In this document: piece after piece, positions 30,296 through 38,598 of the stretch
Numbering within the stretch: position 1 is the stretch's first letter
How the letters are laid out: the number at the start of each line of letters is the position of its first letter
IMG/VR virus record: IMGVR_UViG_3300046495_000035
Location: 1-42,225 of that record
DNA: 42,225 nt
Reading direction: 5' to 3' (one strand)
Origin: a virus
Lineage: Duplodnaviria; Caudoviricetes
Made by a program: the position numbers and the translations under genes
The notes under the pieces: model-generated
Databases searched by the model: none
What the model saw: only the letters and a program-made list of their open reading frames with translations
What the model was told of the DNA's origin: nothing

Positions 30296-30341
30296 TTTGC
30301 AAAGGTCGAAACTCAGTTCTACTAATAACCATCAGTGTATT

Positions 30342-30635
30342 ATGACGCATCAGCTCAAAATCAACGGAATCCTGCTCGAAACAGACTCCATCTCTACCCT
30401 CAACGACGTTCTCTTCAAAGTCTGTTCGTTGACCAACACCCCTCATCCGAAGCAGGAATTGGAGAAAGCACCCGTAAAAAACAAACGATACAAGCTCCCG
30501 GAAGTTGCCTGTACCATCTGCTCAAAAACCTATCACCCATCATACCGAGGTCAGCTCTCGTGTAGCAAGGTCTGCAAGCGAGAACTCTTCCAACGTAAGT
30601 ATCACCCGACTGTTGCTCCTGTCGTAATCCAGTAG
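30342..30635 (+). CDS. Zn-finger protein
   Basis: CTIC…CSKVC treble-clef pattern. Confidence 0.7.
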   Translation: MTHQLKINGILLETDSISTLNDVLFKVCSLTNTPHPKQELEKAPVKNKRYKLPEVACTICSKTYHPSYRGQLSCSKVCKRELFQRKYHPTVAPVVIQ

Positions 30636-30639
30636 ACCT

Positions 30640-31137
30640 ATGGAAATCGAAAAGAAGAAACGACCACCGCTTCATCTCCGCCTTCTCGAAGAGGTTGAAT
30701 ATGGCGTGGAGAAGCCAGTCAAATACTGGGCGGAACACTTCGGAATCGACATTTCGCACGTCCATGTCCTCCTTACCACACTCCGTCGAAAAGGGAATAA
30801 CATCTTCTCTGTAAAGCGCGATTCTGGTGAGTTCGTCGTCACCAAAATCGACCGCAAGACGTATAGCGAAGAAGATGCTGATGAGCTTGCGCGTGTTTCC
30901 GACCAAGTTTCAGCCAACTACCACAAGGAAATCAACTCAAAGTTCAAGAATCTCCTTCGTGCAATGGATGGAGCAACAAAGCTCTACCCAATGCTTGAAC
31001 CAGAAGTGAAACGACGCCTCATCGAAACAGCTCAAAATCTAATCCAATACGACTATGAACAGTTCAAAGAACGGTTCCTGGAAAATCGTGGAGAAGCCAG
31101 TCAGCTCCCTGCGCCCGGACCCGAAGCAACCGCGTGA
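30640..31137 (+). CDS. Winged-HTH DNA-binding protein candidate
   Basis: VKYWAEHFGIDISHVHVLLTTLRRKG. Confidence 0.6.
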   Translation: MEIEKKKRPPLHLRLLEEVEYGVEKPVKYWAEHFGIDISHVHVLLTTLRRKGNNIFSVKRDSGEFVVTKIDRKTYSEEDADELARVSDQVSANYHKEINSKFKNLLRAMDGATKLYPMLEPEVKRRLIETAQNLIQYDYEQFKERFLENRGEASQLPAPGPEATA

Positions 31138-31951
31138 GAACGCGAAGGATTACGTCCTCCAGGAACTCGCTGATTCCATCCGCTCTCAGGGAATCATCCA
31201 CCCGATTGAAATCGACGAGAACGACATGATTGTGACGGGAGAACTCCGCTGGATGGCATCGCGTAAAGCCGGACTCAAAACCATTCCCTGCCGCGTCCTT
31301 GAAGGATTGGAGCCGGACGACCGATTCATCCGCCAGCTCGTCGAGAACCTTCAGCGCCACGACATGAATCCGGTTTCAATCGGAAAATCTATCGCAAGAA
31401 TCAGGACGCGTCCTGTTGCCAATTCTGTGCTTGATGTAGCAAAACTCATCGGAAAAAGTGAGAGGTTCGTTCGTGAGCATCTCGCCCTCGCAGAAGCAAC
31501 GGATGTCGTTCAGGCAGCAGTTTCAAGCCGCATCATTCCCATCAGCGTTGTGTCAGCGATGAAGTCCGTCCCCTCTCGGCATCAGGCTGAGGTAATGACG
31601 AAAATCATCGACGAACGTCCGACGGAAGAAGGCGCAAATGCAATCATCGACGCGGTGAAGCGCACTCCTGAAAAGACGAAGCAGATTCTGAAGGTGAAAG
31701 TCCGCGATGAAGATGGGAAGCGCGTGTTCGACCTCCGCTCAAAGATTCAGAAGATTTCTCCGGAAGCTGCTATGCGCTCACGCGACGCTGCTGATGTCGG
31801 GAATGGCTGTATCGAGCTGATGAAGAACCTCCTCCGCTTCATGGGGAAGCACGCTTCGAGCGAAATCACCGGGCTGTATCGCACGAAAGTGAAGGACCTG
31901 ACCCGTGACCTCCTCTCCGAACTCGGAGAATGGGACCGAGAGCTAAAGTAA
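31055..31951 (+). CDS. ParB/Srx-domain protein with HTH
   Basis: LRPDPKQPRE, ELADSIRSQGIIHPI, IVTGELRWMA, QLVENLQRHDM, VAKLIGKSERFV. Confidence 0.85.
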   Translation: MNSSKNGSWKIVEKPVSSLRPDPKQPRENAKDYVLQELADSIRSQGIIHPIEIDENDMIVTGELRWMASRKAGLKTIPCRVLEGLEPDDRFIRQLVENLQRHDMNPVSIGKSIARIRTRPVANSVLDVAKLIGKSERFVREHLALAEATDVVQAAVSSRIIPISVVSAMKSVPSRHQAEVMTKIIDERPTEEGANAIIDAVKRTPEKTKQILKVKVRDEDGKRVFDLRSKIQKISPEAAMRSRDAADVGNGCIELMKNLLRFMGKHASSEITGLYRTKVKDLTRDLLSELGEWDRELK

Positions 31952-31958
31952 TCCCCAT

Positions 31959-31987
31959 AAAAACCCCTGCAAATCGTGGGGGTTTTT
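31959..31987. terminator. Bidirectional intrinsic terminator
   Basis: AAAAACCCCTGC-aaatc-GTGGGGGTTTTT. Confidence 0.8.
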
Positions 31988-31990
31988 GAG

Positions 31991-31999
31991 TTATCCACA
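31991..31999 (+). promoter_or_regulatory. DnaA box
   Basis: TTATCCACA, perfect consensus, intergenic. Confidence 0.6.
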
Positions 32000-32098
32000 C
32001 AATTTACACTTTTCCAGAAATGAAACCACCTTCCCCGTGAGGAAAAGGTGATAACATGTTCCTGATGAAGTGAACGGAAACAGCGTAGCACTCCCGCA

Positions 32099-32132
32099 AC
32101 GCCTCTGTCCACTCGACAGCAGGTGGTGTTTT
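32099..32132 (+). terminator. Hairpin with U tract (terminator/attenuator)
   Basis: ACGCCT-CTGTC-cactc-GACAG-c-AGGTG-gtgTTTTTT. Confidence 0.55.
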
Positions 32133-32331
32133 TTATTCCACCCCAGCAACGTATCGGAAAGCTGGTCAACTTAGACGATAAACAGAGCGCGACGGATTCT
32201 AAATACATCTCCGATTTGCCCTTGGGAAGTAAGTATTTCAAGGGCAACTGCCAGTTGTATTCAGTATCTCTAGGGCTTACCTACAAACTCCTAGTAACCA
32301 TTCTCTTTACGGGGATGGCAGGTGAAGAAAT

Positions 32332-32625
32332 ATGAAATTGAAAACGGAAATGCTCTTTGAACCTGAAACACTCTGCCCGTGGTGCTATCGAAAAGGGATT
32401 CAGCTTTTGCTGACCAGGAAGGCAGAGAAGCGAACATGCGCGAAGGGATGCGGATACTACGCATGGATTCCGAGGAAGGAAAAGTACGGAAAGGTTGGTG
32501 AATCTTATCGGGAAGTGAAGCGCGTTAGGAAACAGGATAGAAAAATCAGAAAGAAGCTCGGAAAGATTTTCAACGAAAATCGGAATCTCGACAAAGAGTT
32601 CTTCCGACTTATGAACAAATTATGA
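32332..32625 (+). CDS. Basic Zn-ribbon protein
   Basis: CPWC…CAKGC, K/R-rich. Confidence 0.6.
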   Translation: MKLKTEMLFEPETLCPWCYRKGIQLLLTRKAEKRTCAKGCGYYAWIPRKEKYGKVGESYREVKRVRKQDRKIRKKLGKIFNENRNLDKEFFRLMNKL

Positions 32626-32894
32626 TTTCCCTTTCCTCCCTCATGGGAGACAAACTGAAGAAAGTCTCGAAAAAAAAGAGCTTGGTTCTCCCTGAACGAT
32701 TTATGCAGGATGCGAAGGAAACTTTCGATTTGTTCAAACCTCTCACGGATTTACCCTACATGGCCTACTTCCGATTGTTTCAACGGAACACCGCCCGGCG
32801 TGAGGAAATAATTTCCATCCGTACCTGGGTTCGCTCTCATGGAAATCGTGGGAGCATTTTCTTTGGAGTTTGCAGGAAATCTAATATCAAGTGA
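32622..32894 (+). CDS. Hypothetical protein
   Basis: ATGA overlap with the previous gene. Confidence 0.6.
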   Translation: MISLSSLMGDKLKKVSKKKSLVLPERFMQDAKETFDLFKPLTDLPYMAYFRLFQRNTARREEIISIRTWVRSHGNRGSIFFGVCRKSNIK

Positions 32895-32898
32895 TAGC

Positions 32899-32942
32899 TG
32901 TGTATAACTGTCATTGACATAGTAAAATAGCTATGTTAGTGT
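32899..32942 (+). promoter_or_regulatory. DnaA box (reverse) plus sigma70 promoter with internal palindrome
   Basis: TGTGTATAA (32899-32907); TTGACA (32914-32919), 17 nt with TG, TAGTGT; inverted repeat ACATAG-N8-CTATGT. Confidence 0.7.
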
Positions 32943-32969
32943 ACCTGCATAAGAAACTAACTATCCTTT

Positions 32970-33179
32970 ATGGAACCCACCACGGAACAGATGGACGCTC
33001 TCGCCTCCGACCATGACGAACTCCAGATGGAGCATGACCGGGACTTGCAGTACGAAGTTCTCAAGGAACAGGCAGAGAATCTGAAATACCACATCACCTC
33101 AGACCTCCGCTCACTCGAAAAGATTATCGGACGCCAGCGCATCATCGACTTTCTCAAGGATATGCCTCTGGTCTTCTAA
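32970..33179 (+). CDS. Hypothetical acidic protein
   Basis: First ORF after the promoter. Confidence 0.65.
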   Translation: MEPTTEQMDALASDHDELQMEHDRDLQYEVLKEQAENLKYHITSDLRSLEKIIGRQRIIDFLKDMPLVF

Positions 33180-33190
33180 CCCATAACCCT

Positions 33191-33430
33191 ATGTCCCTCA
33201 CCGACAAAGCACGCGCAGGAAAGAAATTGAATAAGTACGACCCGCCGACCACGGAAGAGATTGCTATGACCGTTGCTTACCTCGTTGGTTCGCAGTCCGG
33301 TCCTGAATACCTCGACTCTCTTGGCGAAGAAAAAGCTACCGGACCTGAGCCGTATGTCCGAGCCACCATCATCATCAAGAACGCTCTCAAACATAATCTC
33401 ATCGACATCATCGACATCATCGAGAAATAA
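33191..33430 (+). CDS. Hypothetical protein
   Basis: ORF with T-ATG context. Confidence 0.65.
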   Translation: MSLTDKARAGKKLNKYDPPTTEEIAMTVAYLVGSQSGPEYLDSLGEEKATGPEPYVRATIIIKNALKHNLIDIIDIIEK

Positions 33431-33459
33431 TCATTTCCGTTCACGGAAACCTAAATGAT

Positions 33460-34440
33460 ATGCCTAAACTGAAACAAGAGAAAAAAGAAATGGAGTATGA
33501 GGACGCTCCTTCTGGTTATTGCACCTTGTATGACTACAAATCGCCATTTATGGCTTATGAGGGTGGATACGGGTTCCAAGGAGTTCTCCTCTTCGATGGG
33601 AAGACGGACAAAATCCAATGCCACCTCTGTGGGGCATGGGAAAAATCCCTCCAGCATCACCTGAAACGGGAACACGCCTTGAACGTATCGACGTACAAAG
33701 ACCGAGTGGGATTGAGCCAGACCACCGCTCTCATCTCCGAGAGTACCCGTGAGAAGCTCATCGCTCATAACATCGGTAAGCGAATCCAGAATCTCCAGAA
33801 CCGAAAAGGGAAATCTCATTCTACGGAAACTCGTGAGAAAATCCGAGAGACTCTGAAGAAGAACTCGATGGAGTTGAAGAACAAACGTGGAACCTGCCCG
33901 CTCCAACTCCTCACTCGCTTGAAGGCGGTGTATGAAAAGGTGGGAGAAGAAGACTTTACCACCGATTGCGTTCCGTTCTACGAGGCTCTCATCAAAACGT
34001 ACGGAACCTTCGCCGAAGCCTGTCGCCGTGCGGGTGTTCCATGCAAGGCTCGGAATGTCCCTCCTTCACGGATGAAGTACACCAAGGAAAGTATCGTTGA
34101 GTGGGTGCGTGAGTTCATCAACCAGAACGGAAGGGCACCAAAGGAAAAAGATTTCCTTGCTAATAACAAGAGGCGTATCTACCAGGCTATAAGCAGACGG
34201 TTTGGTATCCAAGAAATCATCAAGGAAGCCCGTGCGCTCGCTACGACGAAAATAGACGGTGACCACGCCAATCGCTACACCGACGAGGAACTCCTCCAAA
34301 ATATGAGGGACTTCGAACGGGTGAATGGTCGTGAACCGTATCCGTCCGATGCCCGCCGGGGATTCACCTCCGATGTCCAAACATTCGTCAACCATTTCGG
34401 GAGTTGGAAGAAAGCAAAGGAACTTGCCTTCACTAAATAA
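33460..34440 (+). CDS. Multi-domain DNA-binding protein (MucR-like Zn finger, NUMOD3-like, homing-endonuclease-associated repeats)
   Basis: IQCHLCG…HHLKREH…YKDRVGL; KGKSHSTETREKI; YTKESIV…NGRAP; YTDEELL…NGREP…HFGSWKKA. Confidence 0.75.
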   Translation: MPKLKQEKKEMEYEDAPSGYCTLYDYKSPFMAYEGGYGFQGVLLFDGKTDKIQCHLCGAWEKSLQHHLKREHALNVSTYKDRVGLSQTTALISESTREKLIAHNIGKRIQNLQNRKGKSHSTETREKIRETLKKNSMELKNKRGTCPLQLLTRLKAVYEKVGEEDFTTDCVPFYEALIKTYGTFAEACRRAGVPCKARNVPPSRMKYTKESIVEWVREFINQNGRAPKEKDFLANNKRRIYQAISRRFGIQEIIKEARALATTKIDGDHANRYTDEELLQNMRDFERVNGREPYPSDARRGFTSDVQTFVNHFGSWKKAKELAFTK

Positions 34441-34446
34441 AAAAAT

Positions 34447-34776
34447 ATGGCTACATGCGAAATCCACGGAATGCAATTTGTCGAACGTCCAGGCGGAGTA
34501 AGCAAATCCACCGGCCGCGCCTATCAGGCCTTCATGGCTTGCCCAGGTAAGAACCAGGACGGAACCTACTGCAAGAACAAACCCCCGAAGGTTGCCGTCG
34601 CTAGTGCAGGCAATTCCTTCCAGGCTTCCGTCGTCCTCGGCTCCATCTCCGCGAAGCTCGACACCATCATCAACATGTTGAAGAACCAAGTCCCGACGCT
34701 CCCGGAATCCCGCCCGTTGCAGAACACTTCCAACGGCGTTCCCGTCACTATCGACGATTCAGAATTGCCGTTTTGA
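34447..34776 (+). CDS. Zn-binding protein with SSB-like acidic C-terminal tail
   Basis: CEIHG…GVSKSTGRAYQAFMACP…CK; ends IDDSELPF. Confidence 0.65.
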   Translation: MATCEIHGMQFVERPGGVSKSTGRAYQAFMACPGKNQDGTYCKNKPPKVAVASAGNSFQASVVLGSISAKLDTIINMLKNQVPTLPESRPLQNTSNGVPVTIDDSELPF

Positions 34777-34804
34777 ACCCTAACTCACCCCATATACACG
34801 GAAT

Positions 34805-35539
34805 ATGGCTCATGTAGCTCAGCTCATCAGTGAGCGCATCGCAACAGACCGCGCCAAGGATACGCGTGTGAAGGATGCGTTCCACGTCACGGACCTCGGC
34901 AAGTGCCTTCGCGGTGTCTATCTCAAACGCCTCCATAACATCGACGGATTCGATGACCGACAGCTCCGTATCTTCCGAGCTGGTCATCTCTTCGAGGAGT
35001 TCATTATTTCCTCGATTCCCGAATCCACTATCTCCGAACTTCAAGGAACCTGTGTTTGGCCTGAACTCAACCTCATGGGGTCTTTCGACCTGCTCACCAA
35101 GGAAGCGGACGGCTACCACCTCTACGAGTTGAAATCGCAAAACTCACAATCCTTCCACTACATGCTCGACGCTGCGAACCCGCTTCACATCCAGCAGGTT
35201 CTCCTCTACGCCTCGAAGATTCAGGAACGCATCCCGCTTGCCGGAATCCACGTTTTCTACCTCTCGAAAGATGACCTTTGCAGTAAACAGTTCGATGTTC
35301 CCTACGACCAGGCAATCGTCGATGCTGCTCTCCTGAAGGCGAAGTACCTCAAGGAATGTTGGGATAAGGGGATTCTCCCTGACGTTCCTCCCACCCTCGT
35401 CGTTTCCTCGAAGAAGAAGACAGCCGGAAAGTTCGAGGTAAATTGGGTCGCCCGATTCTGCGATGTTCACGCTCAGTGTTTGGGTGATGAAAGTTGGGAA
35501 GCAAAGGCAAAGTCAGAAGCTGATTCGATGAATAAATAA
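34805..35539 (+). CDS. PD-(D/E)xK / Cas4-like exonuclease
   Basis: TDLGKCLR, GHLFE, GSFD, YELKS, QVLLY, FCDVHAQC. Confidence 0.85.
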   Translation: MAHVAQLISERIATDRAKDTRVKDAFHVTDLGKCLRGVYLKRLHNIDGFDDRQLRIFRAGHLFEEFIISSIPESTISELQGTCVWPELNLMGSFDLLTKEADGYHLYELKSQNSQSFHYMLDAANPLHIQQVLLYASKIQERIPLAGIHVFYLSKDDLCSKQFDVPYDQAIVDAALLKAKYLKECWDKGILPDVPPTLVVSSKKKTAGKFEVNWVARFCDVHAQCLGDESWEAKAKSEADSMNK

Positions 35540-35541
35540 GT

Positions 35542-35901
35542 ATGGATGAAATGCTCCTCCAAGTCCCCGGAGAAATCAGTAAAGTCGAAACCATGCGGAA
35601 CGGGGCATTGAAGCTCCGCATCGACACCCAAGAAAACGTCAGCCCGGAAGTCCGCGCGAAGATAATGATGATGGTGGATAAGCTCGGCTACTTCACCTTC
35701 GCCGCACGCCTAATCCAACCGGAGGACATCGCCGACCTCCCGGAACTCAAACGTGAGGAAGACGGAAAATCTCCCGCCCAACGCCTCCGCGCCACCCTCT
35801 TCGTCCTCTTCAACCAGGAAAAGCCGGAAGGGGGATTCGAGCTTTTCTACCAACAGCATATGCAAAAGCTCATCGACTTCGTAAAGAATAAACTAACTTA
35901 A
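35542..35901 (+). CDS. Conserved phage hypothetical protein
   Basis: KSPAQRLRATLF…FELFY; in the recombination module. Confidence 0.7.
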   Translation: MDEMLLQVPGEISKVETMRNGALKLRIDTQENVSPEVRAKIMMMVDKLGYFTFAARLIQPEDIADLPELKREEDGKSPAQRLRATLFVLFNQEKPEGGFELFYQQHMQKLIDFVKNKLT

Positions 35902-35903
35902 GT

Positions 35904-36095
35904 ATGAAAACAGCATTGAAAATCGTGAACATCATCGCCATCGTCTTCGCTTGTCTCGCTATCATCGGCCTCATGGGGGAAAAGGACGGCATGGCTGGCA
36001 TCATCGTTGGTGTCCTATGGATTGGGCAGGGAATTGTCGGGCTGATGGGGGCGGATAAGATTGAGAAGCTCGAAGAGCAACTCAAATCTAAATAA
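35904..36095 (+). CDS. Small 2-TM membrane protein
   Basis: Two hydrophobic helices. Confidence 0.65.
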   Translation: MKTALKIVNIIAIVFACLAIIGLMGEKDGMAGIIVGVLWIGQGIVGLMGADKIEKLEEQLKSK

Positions 36096-36100
36096 CCAAT

Positions 36101-36523
36101 ATGGAGAAACGGTGTGCCAAGTGCGGTACAAGCGAGGCTCTCCACAAAGGTTCTTCCTACACCAGAAAATCTGGTGAGAAAGTTCAGCTCTACATTTGCC
36201 GACCATGTAACAACGCACGGATAAGGTTCTATCGTCACGAACACAACGGGATGCAGAAGCAGTACGAAGCATCGCAGAGGTATCTCGCTAAGCATCCAGG
36301 GAGAACCAAGCTCTACCAGCAATGCCACAAGATTCCCATGAAGCCCTGCGAGTCCTGCGGTTCTACGAAAACCGTTGACCGCCATCACGACGATTATCGG
36401 AAGCCGCTGGAAATCCGTTTCCTCTGCCGCCTCTGCCACAAAAAGCATCATCAGCAACTTCTATGGGCAAGACAACAGCGAAGCATTTACAGGCGTGTAG
36501 CAAGTACAAAAAAGCATACCTAG
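36101..36523 (+). CDS. Zn-finger HNH-like endonuclease
   Basis: CAKC…CRPC; PCESCG…HHDDYRKPLEIRFLCRLCH. Confidence 0.8.
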   Translation: MEKRCAKCGTSEALHKGSSYTRKSGEKVQLYICRPCNNARIRFYRHEHNGMQKQYEASQRYLAKHPGRTKLYQQCHKIPMKPCESCGSTKTVDRHHDDYRKPLEIRFLCRLCHKKHHQQLLWARQQRSIYRRVASTKKHT

Positions 36524-36759
36524 ATTCCCATGGGTACTTATCCTGCGAAGTCTGCGGACGTTCAAATGCTTTTCGGTACAACGTCCATCACATCATTTAC
36601 GCCTCGCGGGCGCCTCGCCATCCCCAACTGCACAATCCCAGGAATCTCATCCTCGTCTGCGATGCCTGCCACGAAGGTTTCCACTCAGGAAAACTCAAGG
36701 ACATGTATCTTGAACTGGAGAAGTTCCGTGGGCTGAAGGAATTGTTCGGAAAGTTATGA
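36463..36759 (+). CDS. HNH endonuclease
   Basis: CEVCG…VHHII…NLILVCDACH. Confidence 0.8.
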   Translation: MGKTTAKHLQACSKYKKAYLDSHGYLSCEVCGRSNAFRYNVHHIIYASRAPRHPQLHNPRNLILVCDACHEGFHSGKLKDMYLELEKFRGLKELFGKL

Positions 36760-37106
36760 CCTTTTTCATCGACACGCACGTTGTCTCCTGGAACACCCTT
36801 CTCAGAAAACATTTCCGCGTTGTTTCCAAATCTTTTGAGGAACTGAAGTGGGCGACGATGGTCGCGCTTGCAGGGCAGAGGGTGAAGCCCGTGAAGTCCG
36901 AAGGAGTGCATCTGATTTTTGAAGCCCATTGGAAAGGGAAGCGGATTCATGATTGCGACAACGTTTGTGTAAAACCCATTATCGACACCCTCGTTGACCG
37001 AGGGATAATTCCGCGTGATGACACTCGATTTGTGAAATCCGTAACCCTCAGGGGATTCACGGAATGTCCGACCGAGCAGTACGTCGTGACTATCGAGATA
37101 TGCTGA
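36756..37106 (+). CDS. rusA: RusA-like Holliday junction resolvase
   Basis: RIHDCDNVCVKPIIDTLVDRGIIPRDD. Confidence 0.8.
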   Translation: MTFFIDTHVVSWNTLLRKHFRVVSKSFEELKWATMVALAGQRVKPVKSEGVHLIFEAHWKGKRIHDCDNVCVKPIIDTLVDRGIIPRDDTRFVKSVTLRGFTECPTEQYVVTIEIC

Positions 37107-37113
37107 AAACATT

Positions 37114-37145
37114 TATTCAAAGAATCAAATATTCAAAGAATCAAA
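37114..37145 (+). repeat. Exact 16-bp tandem duplication
   Basis: TATTCAAAGAATCAAA x2. Confidence 0.95.
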
Positions 37146-37151
37146 AAGATT

Positions 37152-37847
37152 ATGTCCTGGGATGAACAACGAGTTGACGGTACGGAAAAACCGGTGCACG
37201 AGAAGATTATGATTTTCGACTTAGAGAAAGCCCTAGCGTATCTGTACGCTGGCTGGCGCATCGTCCGCAGGACGGATGTGACGGCGCTCTGGTTAGAGCG
37301 GAACGGGCAGTCGAAAGGATTGAACCTCGGATGGAACGTGATGAATGACTTCAAAGCCAAAGGGTGGCTGGAAGAGCACGCAGAATATCCTCGCGGTCAC
37401 TACCTGATGAAGGAGTGGAGCTTGAACGACATGGGCAAGATTGCCTACGAGAAGTCTTACAAAAACAAACACGACAAGCTGAAGGCGGAAGTGCAGGAAA
37501 CGGAAACGAAGGTCACCAAGGACAGGGCTCCTGAACCAGAGTGGTACACGCTCCAGCCTTTGAATGCGACGCAGGTGCTCGTGACTTTCCTCCTCCCCAA
37601 CGGCTTGGAGCTGATGATGGAACGACTCGGAGGAAAAGAAACGCCAAAGGCGGATAAGCCGACGAAGTCAAAGTCGTTTACCTGCCTGAATTGCGGCGAG
37701 GTGTTCACGAAGATTCGAGTGAGTACGAAGAACCCCTCCCTCTATTGCAAAAAGCCTCTCTGCAAGAAAGCGAAGGCGAAGATTACCAACGAACGGTACT
37801 GGCGCAACAAGATTGAAAAGGAGCTCGCGAAACGAACCGCGAAGTAA
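37152..37847 (+). CDS. Hypothetical protein with C-terminal Zn finger
   Basis: CLNC…YCKKPLC. The original start may be 37100 (see findings). Confidence 0.7.
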   Translation: MSWDEQRVDGTEKPVHEKIMIFDLEKALAYLYAGWRIVRRTDVTALWLERNGQSKGLNLGWNVMNDFKAKGWLEEHAEYPRGHYLMKEWSLNDMGKIAYEKSYKNKHDKLKAEVQETETKVTKDRAPEPEWYTLQPLNATQVLVTFLLPNGLELMMERLGGKETPKADKPTKSKSFTCLNCGEVFTKIRVSTKNPSLYCKKPLCKKAKAKITNERYWRNKIEKELAKRTAK

Positions 37848-37851
37848 AAAC

Positions 37852-37933
37852 TCTTCTGACGCATACCTCCTGCTCCGATTGTTTTCCGCCTTCGTGCGGA
37901 GCTTGGTCGGAAGCGGGAGGGTGCGCTGGAAGA
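37852..37933 (+). ncRNA. Long intergenic RNA hairpin
   Basis: TCTTCTG/TGGAAGA, CGCAT/GTGCG, CCTCCTGCT/AGCGGGAGG, CCGATTG/TGGTCGG, TTCCGC/GCGGAG; many G-U pairs. Confidence 0.7.
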
Positions 37934-37946
37934 AACTCCAACCAAT

Positions 37947-38153
37947 ATGCTCTCAAACAAGAAAGGGCAGAAAGAGATAAAAGAGAAATGGTGCACGATG
38001 TTAGAGCGAGCTCGCGATGCCTCTCCGCTAGGCAGGAAGAACTCATACGCCAGCGTCCCGCTTTCTGAAAGAGTCGACTTGGCGGCGTCGCTACGGGAAG
38101 GGATGATAAAAGGCATGGTGAAGATTGAAAGAATAAAACCGACAATCCTATGA
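37947..38153 (+). CDS. Hypothetical protein
   Basis: T-ATG start; ATGA overlap with the next gene. Confidence 0.55.
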   Translation: MLSNKKGQKEIKEKWCTMLERARDASPLGRKNSYASVPLSERVDLAASLREGMIKGMVKIERIKPTIL

Positions 38154-38449
38154 AAAAATGCCTACACAAAAACAAGACGAAGCGGTGCAAAAAAGCGATG
38201 CACCCGAAGATAAACGAGCTGGTGAACAAGCTCATGGGCATGGTGCGGGAGAATGTTTGCCAACATTACGTCCCACCGAGCAAAAAAACCTACCGTCAGT
38301 CGACGTGGACCATCGAGATGATGTGGAACGACCAGATGTCCGACTCTGATATTTCAAGCGGAGTGCTCCATACTCCGATGAGGCTCTGTGACGCCTGTGG
38401 CAAGGTGTTCATGGACATGATGAACGTAATGAAGAAAAATAAAATATGA
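38150..38449 (+). CDS. Cys-containing hypothetical protein
   Basis: ATGA overlaps on both sides; LCDAC. Confidence 0.6.
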   Translation: MKKCLHKNKTKRCKKAMHPKINELVNKLMGMVRENVCQHYVPPSKKTYRQSTWTIEMMWNDQMSDSDISSGVLHTPMRLCDACGKVFMDMMNVMKKNKI

Positions 38450-38598
38450 GAATTTTCCTCCTCATCATCGCGCTCATTCCTGCGGTGTTCAACTTGGTCG
38501 CGCCATTCATAAAACGAATCCACAACCAATGGATAATCGTTATCTCAACAACCATTTCTCTCCTCGCAATCGCCTCCACTATTTATCTAGCACTATGA
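38446..38598 (+). CDS. 50-aa 2-TM microprotein (absent from ORF track)
   Basis: MRIFLLIIALIPAVFNLVAPFIKRIHNQWIIVISTTISLLAIASTIYLAL; ATGA overlaps at both ends. Confidence 0.7.
   Translation: MRIFLLIIALIPAVFNLVAPFIKRIHNQWIIVISTTISLLAIASTIYLAL

Noticed and set aside
34805-35539. Cas4-like gene as evidence of a CRISPR system
   Set aside because: No repeat-spacer array or other cas genes; solo Cas4-like nucleases are common in phage recombination modules.
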